Source: Gemmatimonadaceae bacterium
Lineage (GTDB): Bacteria; Gemmatimonadota; Gemmatimonadetes; Gemmatimonadales; Gemmatimonadaceae
NCBI GenBank assembly: GCA_033763905.1
Contig: JANRJP010000037.1
Coordinates: 1 to 64,000 of the forward strand
Length of the DNA: 64,000 nt
Reading direction: 5' to 3'
The notes beneath the pieces are model-generated. The model ran no database searches and had not been told where the DNA came from. It was given only the letters and a program-made list of their open reading frames with translations. The position numbers were made by a program, and so were the translations under genes. Shown in pieces: positions 44,610 through 54,246 of the stretch (the first letter of the stretch is position 1; every line of letters begins with the position of its first letter).

Positions 44610-46190
44610 GTGCGCGCCGCGCTTGAGGCCATCGGCTACGGGCAGTGGATCCTGCCGCTGCTCCTGCTCCTGCCGTTGGGCGGAGCGGCCGCCATCTGGC
44701 TGGCCACGCCGCACGGTGCCGATGCGCTCGACGACCCCGATCCGGTGCGGGCCCGCGGGGCCGCGCGTCCGCGGCGCATCGCGGCGTGGACGCTCACGGC
44801 GTGGATGGGTCTCGGGCTTGGGCTCTGGCCCGCGTTCGACGCCTCGCTCCCGGGCTGGCAGTTCGTCGCCGATGCGCCGTGGCTGCCCGATTTCGGCGCG
44901 CGATTCACGGTGGGGATGGACGGCCTATCGCTGACGTTGGTGCTCCTGACGCTGGTGCTGATGCCGGTGTCGGTGTTCGGCGCCTGGGACGAAGTGCGCA
45001 CGCGCACCAAGTCGTACTACGCGCTGACCTGTCTCTTGGCGAGCGGGCTGGTCGGCGCCTTCGTCGCAACCGATGTGCTGCTGTTTTACGTCGCGTGGGA
45101 AGTGATGCTGGTGCCGATGTACCTGATCATCGGCATCTGGGGCGGGACGCGGCGGCTCGAGGCCGCGCTCAAGTTCGTGTTGTTCACGATCTTCGGCTCG
45201 CTGCTGATGCTCGTGGCCATCATCGTCCTGTGGCGAGAGAGCGGGACACAGAGCTTCGCCTTCGATCTGCTGCTCGACGCGCCGCCGCTCGATGCGACGA
45301 CCGCGCGCTGGCTGTTCGGTGCGTTCTTCCTTGCCTTCGCGGTCAAGATTCCTCTGGCGCCGTTGCACACCTGGCTCGCCGATGCACACACCGAGGCGCC
45401 GACCGGTGCGTCGGTGTTGCTGGCCGGCGTGATGCTCAAGGTGGGCGCCTACGGCGTCATGCGATTCGCCGTCCCGCTGTTTCCGGCGGCGGCGCTCGAG
45501 CCGTACACGCGGATGGTGATTCTGGTGCTGGCGGTCGTCGGCATTCTCTACGGGTCGCTGCTCGCGCTGGCCCAGCGCGATCTCAAGCGGCTCGTGGCCT
45601 ACTCGTCGGTCAGCCATATGGGCTTCGTCGTGCTCGGCATTTTTGCGCAGTCGCTCCAGAGCGTCGAGGGCGCGATGCTGATGATGCTGGCCCACGGGCT
45701 GTCGGCGGCGGCGCTGTTCGTGTGCGTGGGCGTGGTGAAGCAGCGCACCGGCACGCGACAGCTCGATGCGCTGGGGGGCTTGGCCCGCGTGGCGCCGCTC
45801 TTGTCGGCCGCGCTGGCCCTCTCGGCATTGGCGAGCCTCGGTCTGCCCGGCACGGCAGGATTCGTGTCGGAGTTTCTGGTGCTGTTCGGTACCTGGCGCG
45901 CCGCGCCCTGGCTGACCATCGCGGCCAGCGGTGGACTCGTCCTGGCCGCGGTGTACGTGCTCTGGGCCCTGCAGCGGGTGATCTTCAACCCGCTCGGCAA
46001 CCCGAGCTGGTCCGGGATGCCCGATCTCAGTCGGCGCGAGCTCAGCGTGCTGGGCTCGCTCGCGGTGCTGTTGTTGTGGATCGGGGTGCATCCTGCGCCC
46101 ATCCTGCGCCGGCTCGAGCCGGCCGCGGTGCATTTCCTGGTCTTGTCGGCGCGCGGGGGCCCTGCCACCGCGCCAACGCTTACGCGATAG
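44610..46190 (+). CDS. nuoM: NADH-quinone oxidoreductase subunit M, copy 2 (canonical)
   Basis: FYVAWE, AVKIP..PLHTWL.DAHTEAPTGASVLLAGVMLK, SSVSHMG, AHG, GFVSEF. Confidence 0.94.
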   Translation: MRAALEAIGYGQWILPLLLLLPLGGAAAIWLATPHGADALDDPDPVRARGAARPRRIAAWTLTAWMGLGLGLWPAFDASLPGWQFVADAPWLPDFGARFTVGMDGLSLTLVLLTLVLMPVSVFGAWDEVRTRTKSYYALTCLLASGLVGAFVATDVLLFYVAWEVMLVPMYLIIGIWGGTRRLEAALKFVLFTIFGSLLMLVAIIVLWRESGTQSFAFDLLLDAPPLDATTARWLFGAFFLAFAVKIPLAPLHTWLADAHTEAPTGASVLLAGVMLKVGAYGVMRFAVPLFPAAALEPYTRMVILVLAVVGILYGSLLALAQRDLKRLVAYSSVSHMGFVVLGIFAQSLQSVEGAMLMMLAHGLSAAALFVCVGVVKQRTGTRQLDALGGLARVAPLLSAALALSALASLGLPGTAGFVSEFLVLFGTWRAAPWLTIAASGGLVLAAVYVLWALQRVIFNPLGNPSWSGMPDLSRRELSVLGSLAVLLLWIGVHPAPILRRLEPAAVHFLVLSARGGPATAPTLTR

Positions 46191-46202
46191 TCTCCTCTGT
46201 CG

Positions 46203-47744
46203 ATGTCCAACGCTTCTGAATCTCTCGCGCTGACGCTCGCGCTGCTGCCGGATCTCACGGTGATGGGCGGGGCGATGGTGTTGTTGTTGTATGCCGTCTG
46301 GGGGCCCGAGGACGATCGGCGGCGCAGTCGCATTTTGGGCGGAGCCCTGGCCGTGTGCGGGGTCGCGGTCGCGGCGGTGCTCTACAGTGCGACCATCGCG
46401 CTCGGTCGCGGCGTCGGACCGCTCGCGACCGATCCGTTTCGCTGGGCCATCGACTTGGTCATCCTGACGTCGACCGCACTCACCCTGATGGTGATGCGCG
46501 ACCACGCCCCGCGGAGTCGGTGGGCGTTCGGGGAACCCGCCGTGCTCGTGCTCCTGGCCGCGGGCGGGATGATGCTGCTCGCCGCGGCCCGTGACCTGAC
46601 GCTCGTGTTCCTCGGGATCGAGTTGATGTCGGTGGCCTCCTACGTCCTGGCGGGGATCGACCGTCGGAGCGCGCGCAGCGCCGAGGCGGCGCTCAAGTAC
46701 TTCCTGTTGGGGGCGTTCTCGACGGGCTTCTTGCTCTACGGCATCGCGCTCCTCTACGGCGCGACCGGTAGCACGTCGCTCACCCTGATCGGCGCGTCGC
46801 TGAGTCCCGCCTCGGGACCGCCCAGCACGATGGCGCTCGCGGGCCTCGGGCTCTTGCTCGTCGGGTTCGCCTTCAAGGTCGCCGCGGTGCCGTTCCACCT
46901 GTGGACGCCAGACGTCTACGATGGGGCACCGACGCCGGTATCGGGGTACTTCGCGGCGGCGGTGAAGGCGGGCGCGTTCACGGCGCTGGTGCGCTTTGCA
47001 CTGGAAGCGGTGACCCCGGGTCTCGGCGTGTGGCGCGAGGCGCTGTGGTGGCTGGCGGCCCTGACGATGATCGCCGGCAACACGTTCGCGATTCAGCAGC
47101 GCAACGTGAAGCGGATGCTGGCGTACTCCAGTATTGCGCACGCGGGGTTCCTGCTCGTCGCCGTGACAACGCAGACCGCTGCCGGCGCTGCGGCCGTGCT
47201 GTTCTATCTGCTGGCGTACGCGCTGGCGACGATCGGTGCGTTCGCCGTCCTGAGCGCGGTCGGTGAAGGCGAGGATGGTGTGATGCACGCGCATCGTCTC
47301 GAGGGCCTGTGGCAGGTGCGGCCAGGCCTCGCGATGGCGATGGCCGTGTATATGCTGGCGCTCCTCGGCTTTCCCCTCGCGGGAGGCATCGGCTTCTTTG
47401 CGAAGTGGTACGTATTGCAGGCGGCGATTCAGGCGCCGGTGGCCCAGACAGGGCTGGCAATCATTCTGGTCGTGGCGACGGTGGCAAGCGCGGCGTTCTA
47501 CCTGTACGTCGTGATGGTGATGTTTATGCGCCCGCGCCGGCCGGAAGCGGTGGATCCCGCGCCTGCTGGCTGGCTGACGCGTCTGGTCATTGGGGGATCG
47601 GTGATCACGATCCTGCTGTTCGGCGTGTACCCGACGCCGTTGGTCAGTGCCGCTCGGGCGAGTGCGGCCGCATCATTCCCCAATTCGCCCCCCCCCTCGC
47701 CGTCGGTCGACGCGATGCGCGCCGTCGCGGCCCCTCTCCGCTGA
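46203..47744 (+). CDS. nuoN: NADH-quinone oxidoreductase subunit N
   Basis: GIELMS, EAALKYF, FKVAAVPFH.WTPDVYDGAP, KRMLAYSSIAHAG, FFAKW. Confidence 0.96.
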   Translation: MSNASESLALTLALLPDLTVMGGAMVLLLYAVWGPEDDRRRSRILGGALAVCGVAVAAVLYSATIALGRGVGPLATDPFRWAIDLVILTSTALTLMVMRDHAPRSRWAFGEPAVLVLLAAGGMMLLAAARDLTLVFLGIELMSVASYVLAGIDRRSARSAEAALKYFLLGAFSTGFLLYGIALLYGATGSTSLTLIGASLSPASGPPSTMALAGLGLLLVGFAFKVAAVPFHLWTPDVYDGAPTPVSGYFAAAVKAGAFTALVRFALEAVTPGLGVWREALWWLAALTMIAGNTFAIQQRNVKRMLAYSSIAHAGFLLVAVTTQTAAGAAAVLFYLLAYALATIGAFAVLSAVGEGEDGVMHAHRLEGLWQVRPGLAMAMAVYMLALLGFPLAGGIGFFAKWYVLQAAIQAPVAQTGLAIILVVATVASAAFYLYVVMVMFMRPRRPEAVDPAPAGWLTRLVIGGSVITILLFGVYPTPLVSAARASAAASFPNSPPPSPSVDAMRAVAAPLR

Positions 47745-47772
47745 CCGCTTTCCTTCTTTCTGGTGTTCTGCG

Positions 47773-49143
47773 ATGGCCATTGATCCGCGCATTTTCCGGC
47801 AGTACGACATCCGTGGCGTGGTGGATGCCGATCTCACGCTCGAAGCCGCCGAGGCTGTGGGCCGCGGATTCGCGGCCGTGCTGGCCGCGCGAGGCATTGC
47901 GGGCACTGTCGCGGTAGGCCGCGACAACCGGCCCAGCGGCGTCAAGCTCCGCGACGCCCTCGTCGGGGCCCTCACCCGCGCGGGGCTCTCGGTCGTCGAC
48001 GTCGGCGAAGTGCCGACGCCCGCACTGTACTGGACGCTGCACAATCTCGACGTGGTGGCCGGCATCCAGATCACCGGGTCACACAATCCGCCGGAGTTCA
48101 ACGGGTTCAAGATGTGCATCGGGCACGGCTCCTTGCACAGCGAGGGCATTCAGGATCTGCGCGTCCGGAGCGAGGCCCCGGCCTTCGTCGCGCCAGTGCC
48201 GGGGACCGTGCGGAGTGAGGCCATCCTCGATCGCTACGTCGCGGATCTCATCGCCCGCACCGGTCGCCTCTCGCGCCCGCTCAAGGTGGTGGTCGACGCG
48301 GGCAACGGCGTCGGCGCGCTCGTGGCGAAGCCCCTCTTCGACGGGTTGGGGGCGCAGGCGACGTATCTGTTCTGCGACAGCGATGGCACGTTCCCGAATC
48401 ACCACCCGGATCCCACCGTCGACGAGAACCTCGAGGATCTCATCCACGCGGTGCGCGCGCAGGGCGCGGACCTCGGCGTGGCCTTCGACGGCGACGCCGA
48501 CCGCATCGGGATGGTCGATGCCGAGGGCAACATCATCCGGGGGGATCACATCCTGATCCTGTACGCGCGCGACGTGCTCGCGCGGACGGGGCAGGGCCAG
48601 CCGATCATCTTCGACGTGAAGTGCTCGCAGGCGCTGTCGGACGCGGTGTCGGCGGCGGGCGGTGTCCCGGTGATGTGGAAGACCGGGCACTCGCTCATCA
48701 AGGACAAGATGAAGGAAACCCACGCGCCGATCGCCGGCGAGATGTCCGGGCATATGTTCTTCGTCGAAGGGTTCTACGGCCACGACGATGCGCCCTACGC
48801 CGCGGCGCGCGCGTTGCGCATCGTCGCCGATGCCAATCGACCCGTGGCGGCGCTGCTCGCCGATGTCCCGAAGTTCGTCAGCACGCCGGAACTGCGCGTG
48901 GACGTGGACGAGGACCGCAAGTTCGGCATCGTTGCCGATGCCGTGCGGCACTTCAAGGCGAAGTACGACTGTATCGACGTCGACGGAGTGCGCGTGCTCT
49001 TCGGTGACGGCTGGGGACTGATCCGGGCGTCCAACACGCAGCCGATTCTCGTGTGCCGTTACGAAGCACGCAGTGCGGAACGGCTTGCCGTCATCCGCGA
49101 CGAAATGGAGACGTGGTTGCGGGCGCAGGGCGTCACGCTCTGA
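47773..49143 (+). CDS. Phosphomannomutase/phosphoglucomutase (AlgC-like)
   Basis: FRQYDIRG, TGSHNP, FDGDADR, GEMSGH, RASNTQP; ATG 47773. Confidence 0.95.
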   Translation: MAIDPRIFRQYDIRGVVDADLTLEAAEAVGRGFAAVLAARGIAGTVAVGRDNRPSGVKLRDALVGALTRAGLSVVDVGEVPTPALYWTLHNLDVVAGIQITGSHNPPEFNGFKMCIGHGSLHSEGIQDLRVRSEAPAFVAPVPGTVRSEAILDRYVADLIARTGRLSRPLKVVVDAGNGVGALVAKPLFDGLGAQATYLFCDSDGTFPNHHPDPTVDENLEDLIHAVRAQGADLGVAFDGDADRIGMVDAEGNIIRGDHILILYARDVLARTGQGQPIIFDVKCSQALSDAVSAAGGVPVMWKTGHSLIKDKMKETHAPIAGEMSGHMFFVEGFYGHDDAPYAAARALRIVADANRPVAALLADVPKFVSTPELRVDVDEDRKFGIVADAVRHFKAKYDCIDVDGVRVLFGDGWGLIRASNTQPILVCRYEARSAERLAVIRDEMETWLRAQGVTL

Positions 49144-49167
49144 CGCGCCGGCTGCGCTAGGCTCCGC

Positions 49168-51606
49168 GTGACCCGACGGCAGAGTTGGCTCGCCGGACTC
49201 GCGATGCTCGCCGTCACGCTGCTGCTCGGGCGTGCGGCGTCTGCCGCGTGGGCCGATGCGCAGTGGTTTGCCGCACTCGGCGCGGCCGAGGTGTGGCGGG
49301 CGCAGTGGCGTGACGAGATGCTCGCGCGCGGCGCCGCCTTTCTGATCGGCGCGACGTTCGCGGCGGCGAACATCTTCGGTGTGCGACAGTCGGTGCTGCT
49401 GCTCGTCCTGCCGCGCCGCGTCGGGAATCTCGATATCGGCGAACAAGTTCCCGCCCGCGCCCTGAACGTGGCGGTGTTCGTCCTGTCGACCCTCCTCGGG
49501 CTGGCGTTCGCGTGGCTCGCCCCGGGGAGCGCGACCCGCGTGCTCGGCGGGGCCGTCCCCTTCGACGAAACCGACCCCTACTTCGGACGGGACCTAGGGT
49601 TCTTCGTCCGTCGACTGCCGCTCGAAAGCGCGTGGTACGAGTGGGCGGTGCTGGTCGCGGCCGGTGTCGCGATCGCCGTGGTGGTGCTCTACGCGCTGAC
49701 GCCCGCGCTGCGCTGGCAGGCCGGTCGCCTGCGGATGAGTGGGTGGGTTCGGCGGCATCTCACGCTCCTTGGCGCGGCCGTGCTGGCGCTGCTCGCGTGG
49801 GGACTCCGGCTCGATGCGTACGCGCTCGCGATTGTCGGGAGCGGTGTCGACGGCGCGTTCACCGCCACCGATCATCGCATTCTGGTACCGGCCAACCTGC
49901 TGCTGAGCGTCGTGACACTGGCCGCCTCGCTGGTGGTGACGTGGGCCGGCTGGTCGGGCCAGCTGCGCGCCGCGTTCGCGAGCGTCAGTCTGGTCTTGGC
50001 CGGCGCGTTGCTGGTGCGTGGCGTGTTGCCGGTCGCCGGCGAGCGACTGCTCGACCCCGATGCCGATGGCTCGCGTGCCGCGGCGTACGCGTCGACGCGC
50101 GCGAGCTACACGCGGCGAGCCTACGGCGTGGACGCGATCCGGATGACCGACGACGGCCTGCGTCCGGCGACGACCGCCGCCGCGCTGGACGCCACCTCGG
50201 CGTGGGATCCCGCTGCCGTGCAGCGGGTGCTCGAGCGCAGCCGGCCTGGCGAGCGGGTGGTGGGCGATGCGGCCTGGACCACCGACCGTACCTTGGGCGT
50301 TCGGCTTGCGCTCGCCCCCGCATTGCCCGATCGCGGAGCCCCGTGGGACGTCGTCACGGCCGATGCCCGGATGGATGCCGACGGCACGGGACTGCCACTG
50401 CTCGCCGAGCGCTCGGTGGCGACCGCACACGTGTACGACGGGGCGACGGGACCGCTCGTGCTCGGTGATGGAGCCGGTCGCATCGCGGCGCCGGCGTTCA
50501 CGGGCCGCGCCTCGCGGCTCCTCCACGCCTGGGCGCTGCAACAACCGCGACTGCTCGTTGCGGAGGCGGCCGGCGCGGACGCCGTGGTGCTGACCGAGCG
50601 GGATGTGCGTCGGCGCCTCGAGCGCTTGGCGCCGGGATTCTTGCAGGGATCCACCGTGACGCCGATCGTCAGCGGCGACTCGCTCCTCTGGGCACTCGAC
50701 CTGTACAGCGCGAGCGCGACGTATCCGCTGAGCCGACGATTGGCCGTGCGCGAGGGCGATGTGACGTACTACCGCCACGCGGCCACGGCGCTGGTGCACG
50801 CCACGACGGGGATCGTGCGCATCGCGGCCCGCGCCGATCCGGACCCCTTGGCGCTTGGGTTGCTGCAGCCGCTGGCCCCGCTGGTGATCGGTCGCGATCG
50901 CCTGCCGGAGTCGATCGCGGTCGCGCTGCCGGTGCCGGTCGATGGCGCGCGCGCGCAAGCCGCAGCGTTCGCCTTCGCCGGATCGCGGGATGCCCCGGCT
51001 AAGATGCCGCGACGCGTGCCGATCGCCGACGGCGCCGACACCGTGCTGTCCGGCGGTGGGCCAACCCTGCATCGGCTGGCGGGCGTGCCGACGTGGACCA
51101 CTCCGGTGGTGGGAGACAACGACGCGCTGCTCGGTGTGATCGCCGCCAGCGGCGGCGAAGTGCCGACCACGCGCTGGGTGCCTGCCGCGGCGGCCCTCCC
51201 GTGGGGGCAGGCATTGGAGAAGCTCGCGACGGCTGACGGCGGGATGCAGCGCGACCTGCGTCGCGTCTCGGGGCGGGTGCGCACGATCCCTCGCGCCGAC
51301 GGCGGCGTGGTGCTGGTGCAGCCGAGGTATCTCTGGCCGGTGGCCGGTGTGCCGACCTTGGAAGGCGTCGTCGCGCTGGCGGACGGCGCGGTGCGCAGTG
51401 GGCGGAGCTTGGCGGCGATCGGCGCGCCGCAGACGGCGGCGGCGGCCGAGCAGCCGCTGGACGCCGTGACGCGGGATCGGTTGGCCCCGGTGTACGACCG
51501 CATGCGCGACGCCTTGCGACGCGGTGATTTCGCCGAGTTCGGTCGGTTGCTCGACCGGTTCGGTCGCTTGCTCGGCAGGGTGCCGGACCCTGTGCGCGAC
51601 CGGTAG
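49168..51606 (+). CDS. UPF0182 family membrane protein (divergent)
   Basis: N-terminal TMs, WF..LG, DPYFGRDLGFFV..LP, TRRAYG, RDVRRRL..LAP, D.YS....YPLS, C-terminal GDFAEFG. Confidence 0.8.
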   Translation: MTRRQSWLAGLAMLAVTLLLGRAASAAWADAQWFAALGAAEVWRAQWRDEMLARGAAFLIGATFAAANIFGVRQSVLLLVLPRRVGNLDIGEQVPARALNVAVFVLSTLLGLAFAWLAPGSATRVLGGAVPFDETDPYFGRDLGFFVRRLPLESAWYEWAVLVAAGVAIAVVVLYALTPALRWQAGRLRMSGWVRRHLTLLGAAVLALLAWGLRLDAYALAIVGSGVDGAFTATDHRILVPANLLLSVVTLAASLVVTWAGWSGQLRAAFASVSLVLAGALLVRGVLPVAGERLLDPDADGSRAAAYASTRASYTRRAYGVDAIRMTDDGLRPATTAAALDATSAWDPAAVQRVLERSRPGERVVGDAAWTTDRTLGVRLALAPALPDRGAPWDVVTADARMDADGTGLPLLAERSVATAHVYDGATGPLVLGDGAGRIAAPAFTGRASRLLHAWALQQPRLLVAEAAGADAVVLTERDVRRRLERLAPGFLQGSTVTPIVSGDSLLWALDLYSASATYPLSRRLAVREGDVTYYRHAATALVHATTGIVRIAARADPDPLALGLLQPLAPLVIGRDRLPESIAVALPVPVDGARAQAAAFAFAGSRDAPAKMPRRVPIADGADTVLSGGGPTLHRLAGVPTWTTPVVGDNDALLGVIAASGGEVPTTRWVPAAAALPWGQALEKLATADGGMQRDLRRVSGRVRTIPRADGGVVLVQPRYLWPVAGVPTLEGVVALADGAVRSGRSLAAIGAPQTAAAAEQPLDAVTRDRLAPVYDRMRDALRRGDFAEFGRLLDRFGRLLGRVPDPVRDR

Positions 51607-51686
51607 CTTTCGGTGCTCCGCAGGGCGCGGGGCGCTTGCCATTCGAACCCCGCCGGGCGTGCGCGCTCGGCTACTGGAGTGAACTG

Positions 51687-52826
51687 GTGAATATCCACGA
51701 GTTTCAGGCGAAGGACATCCTTCGCCGCTACGGTGTACCGATTCCGCCGGGTGAGGTCGCCCGCACCGCCGATGAGGCGCACGCGATCGCGACGAAGATC
51801 GGCAAGGCCGTGATGGTGAAGGCGCAGGTGCACGCGGGTGGCCGCGGCAAGGCGGGCGGCGTGAAGTTCTGCCCGACCCCCGACGTGGCCAAGGAGAAGG
51901 CGACGGCCATTCTCGGGATGGACATCAAGGGGCTGACGGTCGAGCAGGTGCTCGTGACCGAAGCGGCCGACATCGGCACCGAGGCCTATGTGGGCATCAT
52001 CGTGGATCGCGCCACGAAAAAGGCGGTCTTTATGGTGAGCGCGGCGGGCGGCATCGACATCGAAGAAGTCGCGGCCACGACGCCCGAGAAGATCAAGTAT
52101 CACCCGGTGGACGCGCGCTACGGCCTGCGGCCGTACGAGGCGATGCAGCTCGGCTTCTTCCTGTACAAGGACGTGAAGCAGGCGAAGGCCGCGGCGAACA
52201 TCATGCGCCAGTTGTATCAGGCGTTCGTCGACGCTGGCTGCTCGCTGGCCGAGATCAACCCGCTGGTGGTGACGCCGACGGGCGAGGTGATCGCGGTCGA
52301 CGCCAAGATGGTGATCGACGACAACGAGCTCGACCGCAAGCCGGCCATTGCCGCGCTGCGCGACGAGTCGTCGGAAGCGCCGAGCGAAGTCGAGGCGCGC
52401 AAGGCAAACCTCACGTTCATCAAGCTCGACGGCAACGTCGGCTGCGTCGTCAACGGCGCCGGCCTGGCGATGGCCACGATGGACCTCGTGAAGTACTACG
52501 GCGGCGAGCCCGCGAACTTCCTCGATATCGGCGGCTCGTCGAATCCGGAGAAGGTCGTCAACGCGCTGCGCATCATCACGGCCGATCCGAACGTGAAGGC
52601 CATTCTGTTCAACATTTTCGGCGGGATCACGCGCACCGATGACGTCGCGAACGGCATCGTGACGGCGACGAAGGCGAACCCGCTCAAGGTGCCGATCGTC
52701 ATCCGACTGACGGGCACCAATGAGGAGATCGCGGTGAAGATCCTGCAGGAGAACGGCTTCTCGGCGTCGAGCGATATGGACGAAGCAGTGCAGCGCGCTG
52801 TCGAGCTCGCCAAGGGGGGCAAGTAA
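51687..52826 (+). CDS. sucC: Succinyl-CoA ligase beta subunit
   Basis: [47 protein letters not shown] 51687. Confidence 0.97.
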   Translation: MNIHEFQAKDILRRYGVPIPPGEVARTADEAHAIATKIGKAVMVKAQVHAGGRGKAGGVKFCPTPDVAKEKATAILGMDIKGLTVEQVLVTEAADIGTEAYVGIIVDRATKKAVFMVSAAGGIDIEEVAATTPEKIKYHPVDARYGLRPYEAMQLGFFLYKDVKQAKAAANIMRQLYQAFVDAGCSLAEINPLVVTPTGEVIAVDAKMVIDDNELDRKPAIAALRDESSEAPSEVEARKANLTFIKLDGNVGCVVNGAGLAMATMDLVKYYGGEPANFLDIGGSSNPEKVVNALRIITADPNVKAILFNIFGGITRTDDVANGIVTATKANPLKVPIVIRLTGTNEEIAVKILQENGFSASSDMDEAVQRAVELAKGGK

Positions 52827-52827
52827 G

Positions 52828-53700
52828 ATGGCCGTCTTCATCGACAAGAACACCAAGCTCATCGTGCAGGGCATCACGGGCCGCGACGGCTCGTTCCACG
52901 CCAAGCAGATGATGGAGTACGGCACGCAGGTCGTCGGCGGCGTCACGCCCGGCAAGGGCGGGATGAAGTTCGAGGACAAGGTCCCCGTCTTTGACACCGT
53001 CGAGCAGGCGGTGCAGGCGACGGGCGCCAACGCGAGCGTCATCTACGTGCCGCCGATGGGCGCAGCCGACGCCATTATGGAAGCCGCCGCCGCTGGCGTG
53101 CAGCTCATCGTCTGCATCACCGAAGGCGTGCCGGTGCTCGATATGACCGTCGTGCGTCCGTTCGTCATCGAGAAGGGCGCGCGCCTGCTCGGGCCGAATT
53201 GCCCGGGGCTCATCACGCCGGGCGAGTCGAAGGTCGGCATCATCCCGGGTCGCATTTGCACGCCGGGACCGGTGGGCATCGTCAGCCGCTCCGGCACGCT
53301 GACGTACGAGATCGTCTACCAGCTCACGCGCGCTGGCATCGGCCAGACCACCTGCGTCGGCATCGGTGGTGACCCGATCAACGGCACCAGCTTCATCGAC
53401 GCCCTCGAGGCGTTCGAGAAGGATCCGAAGACCAAGGCCGTGTGCATGATGGGTGAGATCGGCGGGACGGATGAGCAGGAAGCCGCCGAGTTCATCAAGC
53501 GCGAAATGAAGAAGCCGGTCGTCGGCTTCATCGCGGGCCAGACGGCGCCCCCGGGCCGCCGGATGGGACACGCGGGCGCGATCATCTCGGGCTCCAGCGG
53601 CACGGCCGCCGAGAAGATCGAGGCCTTCAAGGCCGCGGGGATGGGCGTCGCGGCCCGTCCGAAGGACTTCGTGGACCTGATCAAGGCACGCCTCGCGTAA
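52828..53700 (+). CDS. sucD: Succinyl-CoA ligase alpha subunit
   Basis: [27 protein letters not shown]. Confidence 0.97.
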   Translation: MAVFIDKNTKLIVQGITGRDGSFHAKQMMEYGTQVVGGVTPGKGGMKFEDKVPVFDTVEQAVQATGANASVIYVPPMGAADAIMEAAAAGVQLIVCITEGVPVLDMTVVRPFVIEKGARLLGPNCPGLITPGESKVGIIPGRICTPGPVGIVSRSGTLTYEIVYQLTRAGIGQTTCVGIGGDPINGTSFIDALEAFEKDPKTKAVCMMGEIGGTDEQEAAEFIKREMKKPVVGFIAGQTAPPGRRMGHAGAIISGSSGTAAEKIEAFKAAGMGVAARPKDFVDLIKARLA

Positions 53701-53705
53701 GCCTC

Positions 53706-53768
53706 CTTCGTGCCCTTCGTGCCTTGGTGGTGAAAGGCCTTTACCACGATGGCACGAAGAGCACGAAG
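53706..53768. repeat. 63-bp imperfect palindrome built from tandem CTTCGTGC(C/T) units (REP-like element)
   Basis: Left arm CTTCGTGCCCTTCGTGCCTTGGTGGTGAAAGG versus reverse complement of right arm CTTCGTGCTCTTCGTGCCATCGTGGTAAAGG: 3 mismatches and 1 bulge. Confidence 0.8.
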
Positions 53769-53801
53769 AACAACACACGACATCTCACAAGAGAACCAAC
53801 A

Positions 53802-54224
53802 ATGGCCGGCAATCTGACCCTCGCAATCGTCAAGCCTGACGCCTATGCCGCTGGCAAGGCGGGGCTCATCATCGCGCATCTCGAGAAGGAAGGCTTCAAG
53901 GTCCTCGCGGCACAGGTCAAGCACCTGACGAAGGCTGAGGCGGGGGCGTTCTACGAAGTGCACGCGGCTCGTCCGTTCTATGGCGAGCTCGTCGAGTTCA
54001 TGACCTCGGGGCCGTGCGTCCCGCTGGTGCTCAAGCGCGCTGACGCGGTGGCGACGCTCCGCACCGTCATTGGTGCGACCGATCCCGCGGAGGCGGCGCC
54101 GGGCACCATTCGCAAGCTTTATGCGGAGTCCAAGGGGAAGAATGCCATTCACGCATCCGATTCCGACGAGAACGCCGCACGCGAGACCCGGTTCTTCTTC
54201 GCCGAGACGCAGTTCCTCGGCTGA
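53802..54224 (+). CDS. ndk: Nucleoside diphosphate kinase
   Basis: IVKPDA, FMTSGP, GATDP...PGTIR, NAIHASDS; ATG 53802. Confidence 0.97.
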   Translation: MAGNLTLAIVKPDAYAAGKAGLIIAHLEKEGFKVLAAQVKHLTKAEAGAFYEVHAARPFYGELVEFMTSGPCVPLVLKRADAVATLRTVIGATDPAEAAPGTIRKLYAESKGKNAIHASDSDENAARETRFFFAETQFLG

Positions 54225-54246
54225 CGCACTCGGCCGCCGTCTCCGT

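Noticed and set aside
43034..46190. Double nuoM as an assembly duplication or a split gene
   Set aside because: Both copies are full length and differ throughout in sequence, so they are real paralogues.
44925..47294. Long antisense and alternative-frame ORFs (this 789-aa one; also 50769..53042 -, 21009..23354 +, 57269..59344 -, 61765..63579 -)
   Set aside because: They shadow well-supported genes, are Arg/Ala/Gly-rich without motifs, and are expected in high-GC DNA.
53701..53770. Short repeats as a possible CRISPR array
   Set aside because: They form one inverted pair of 9-mer tandems, with no spacers and no cas genes in the window.
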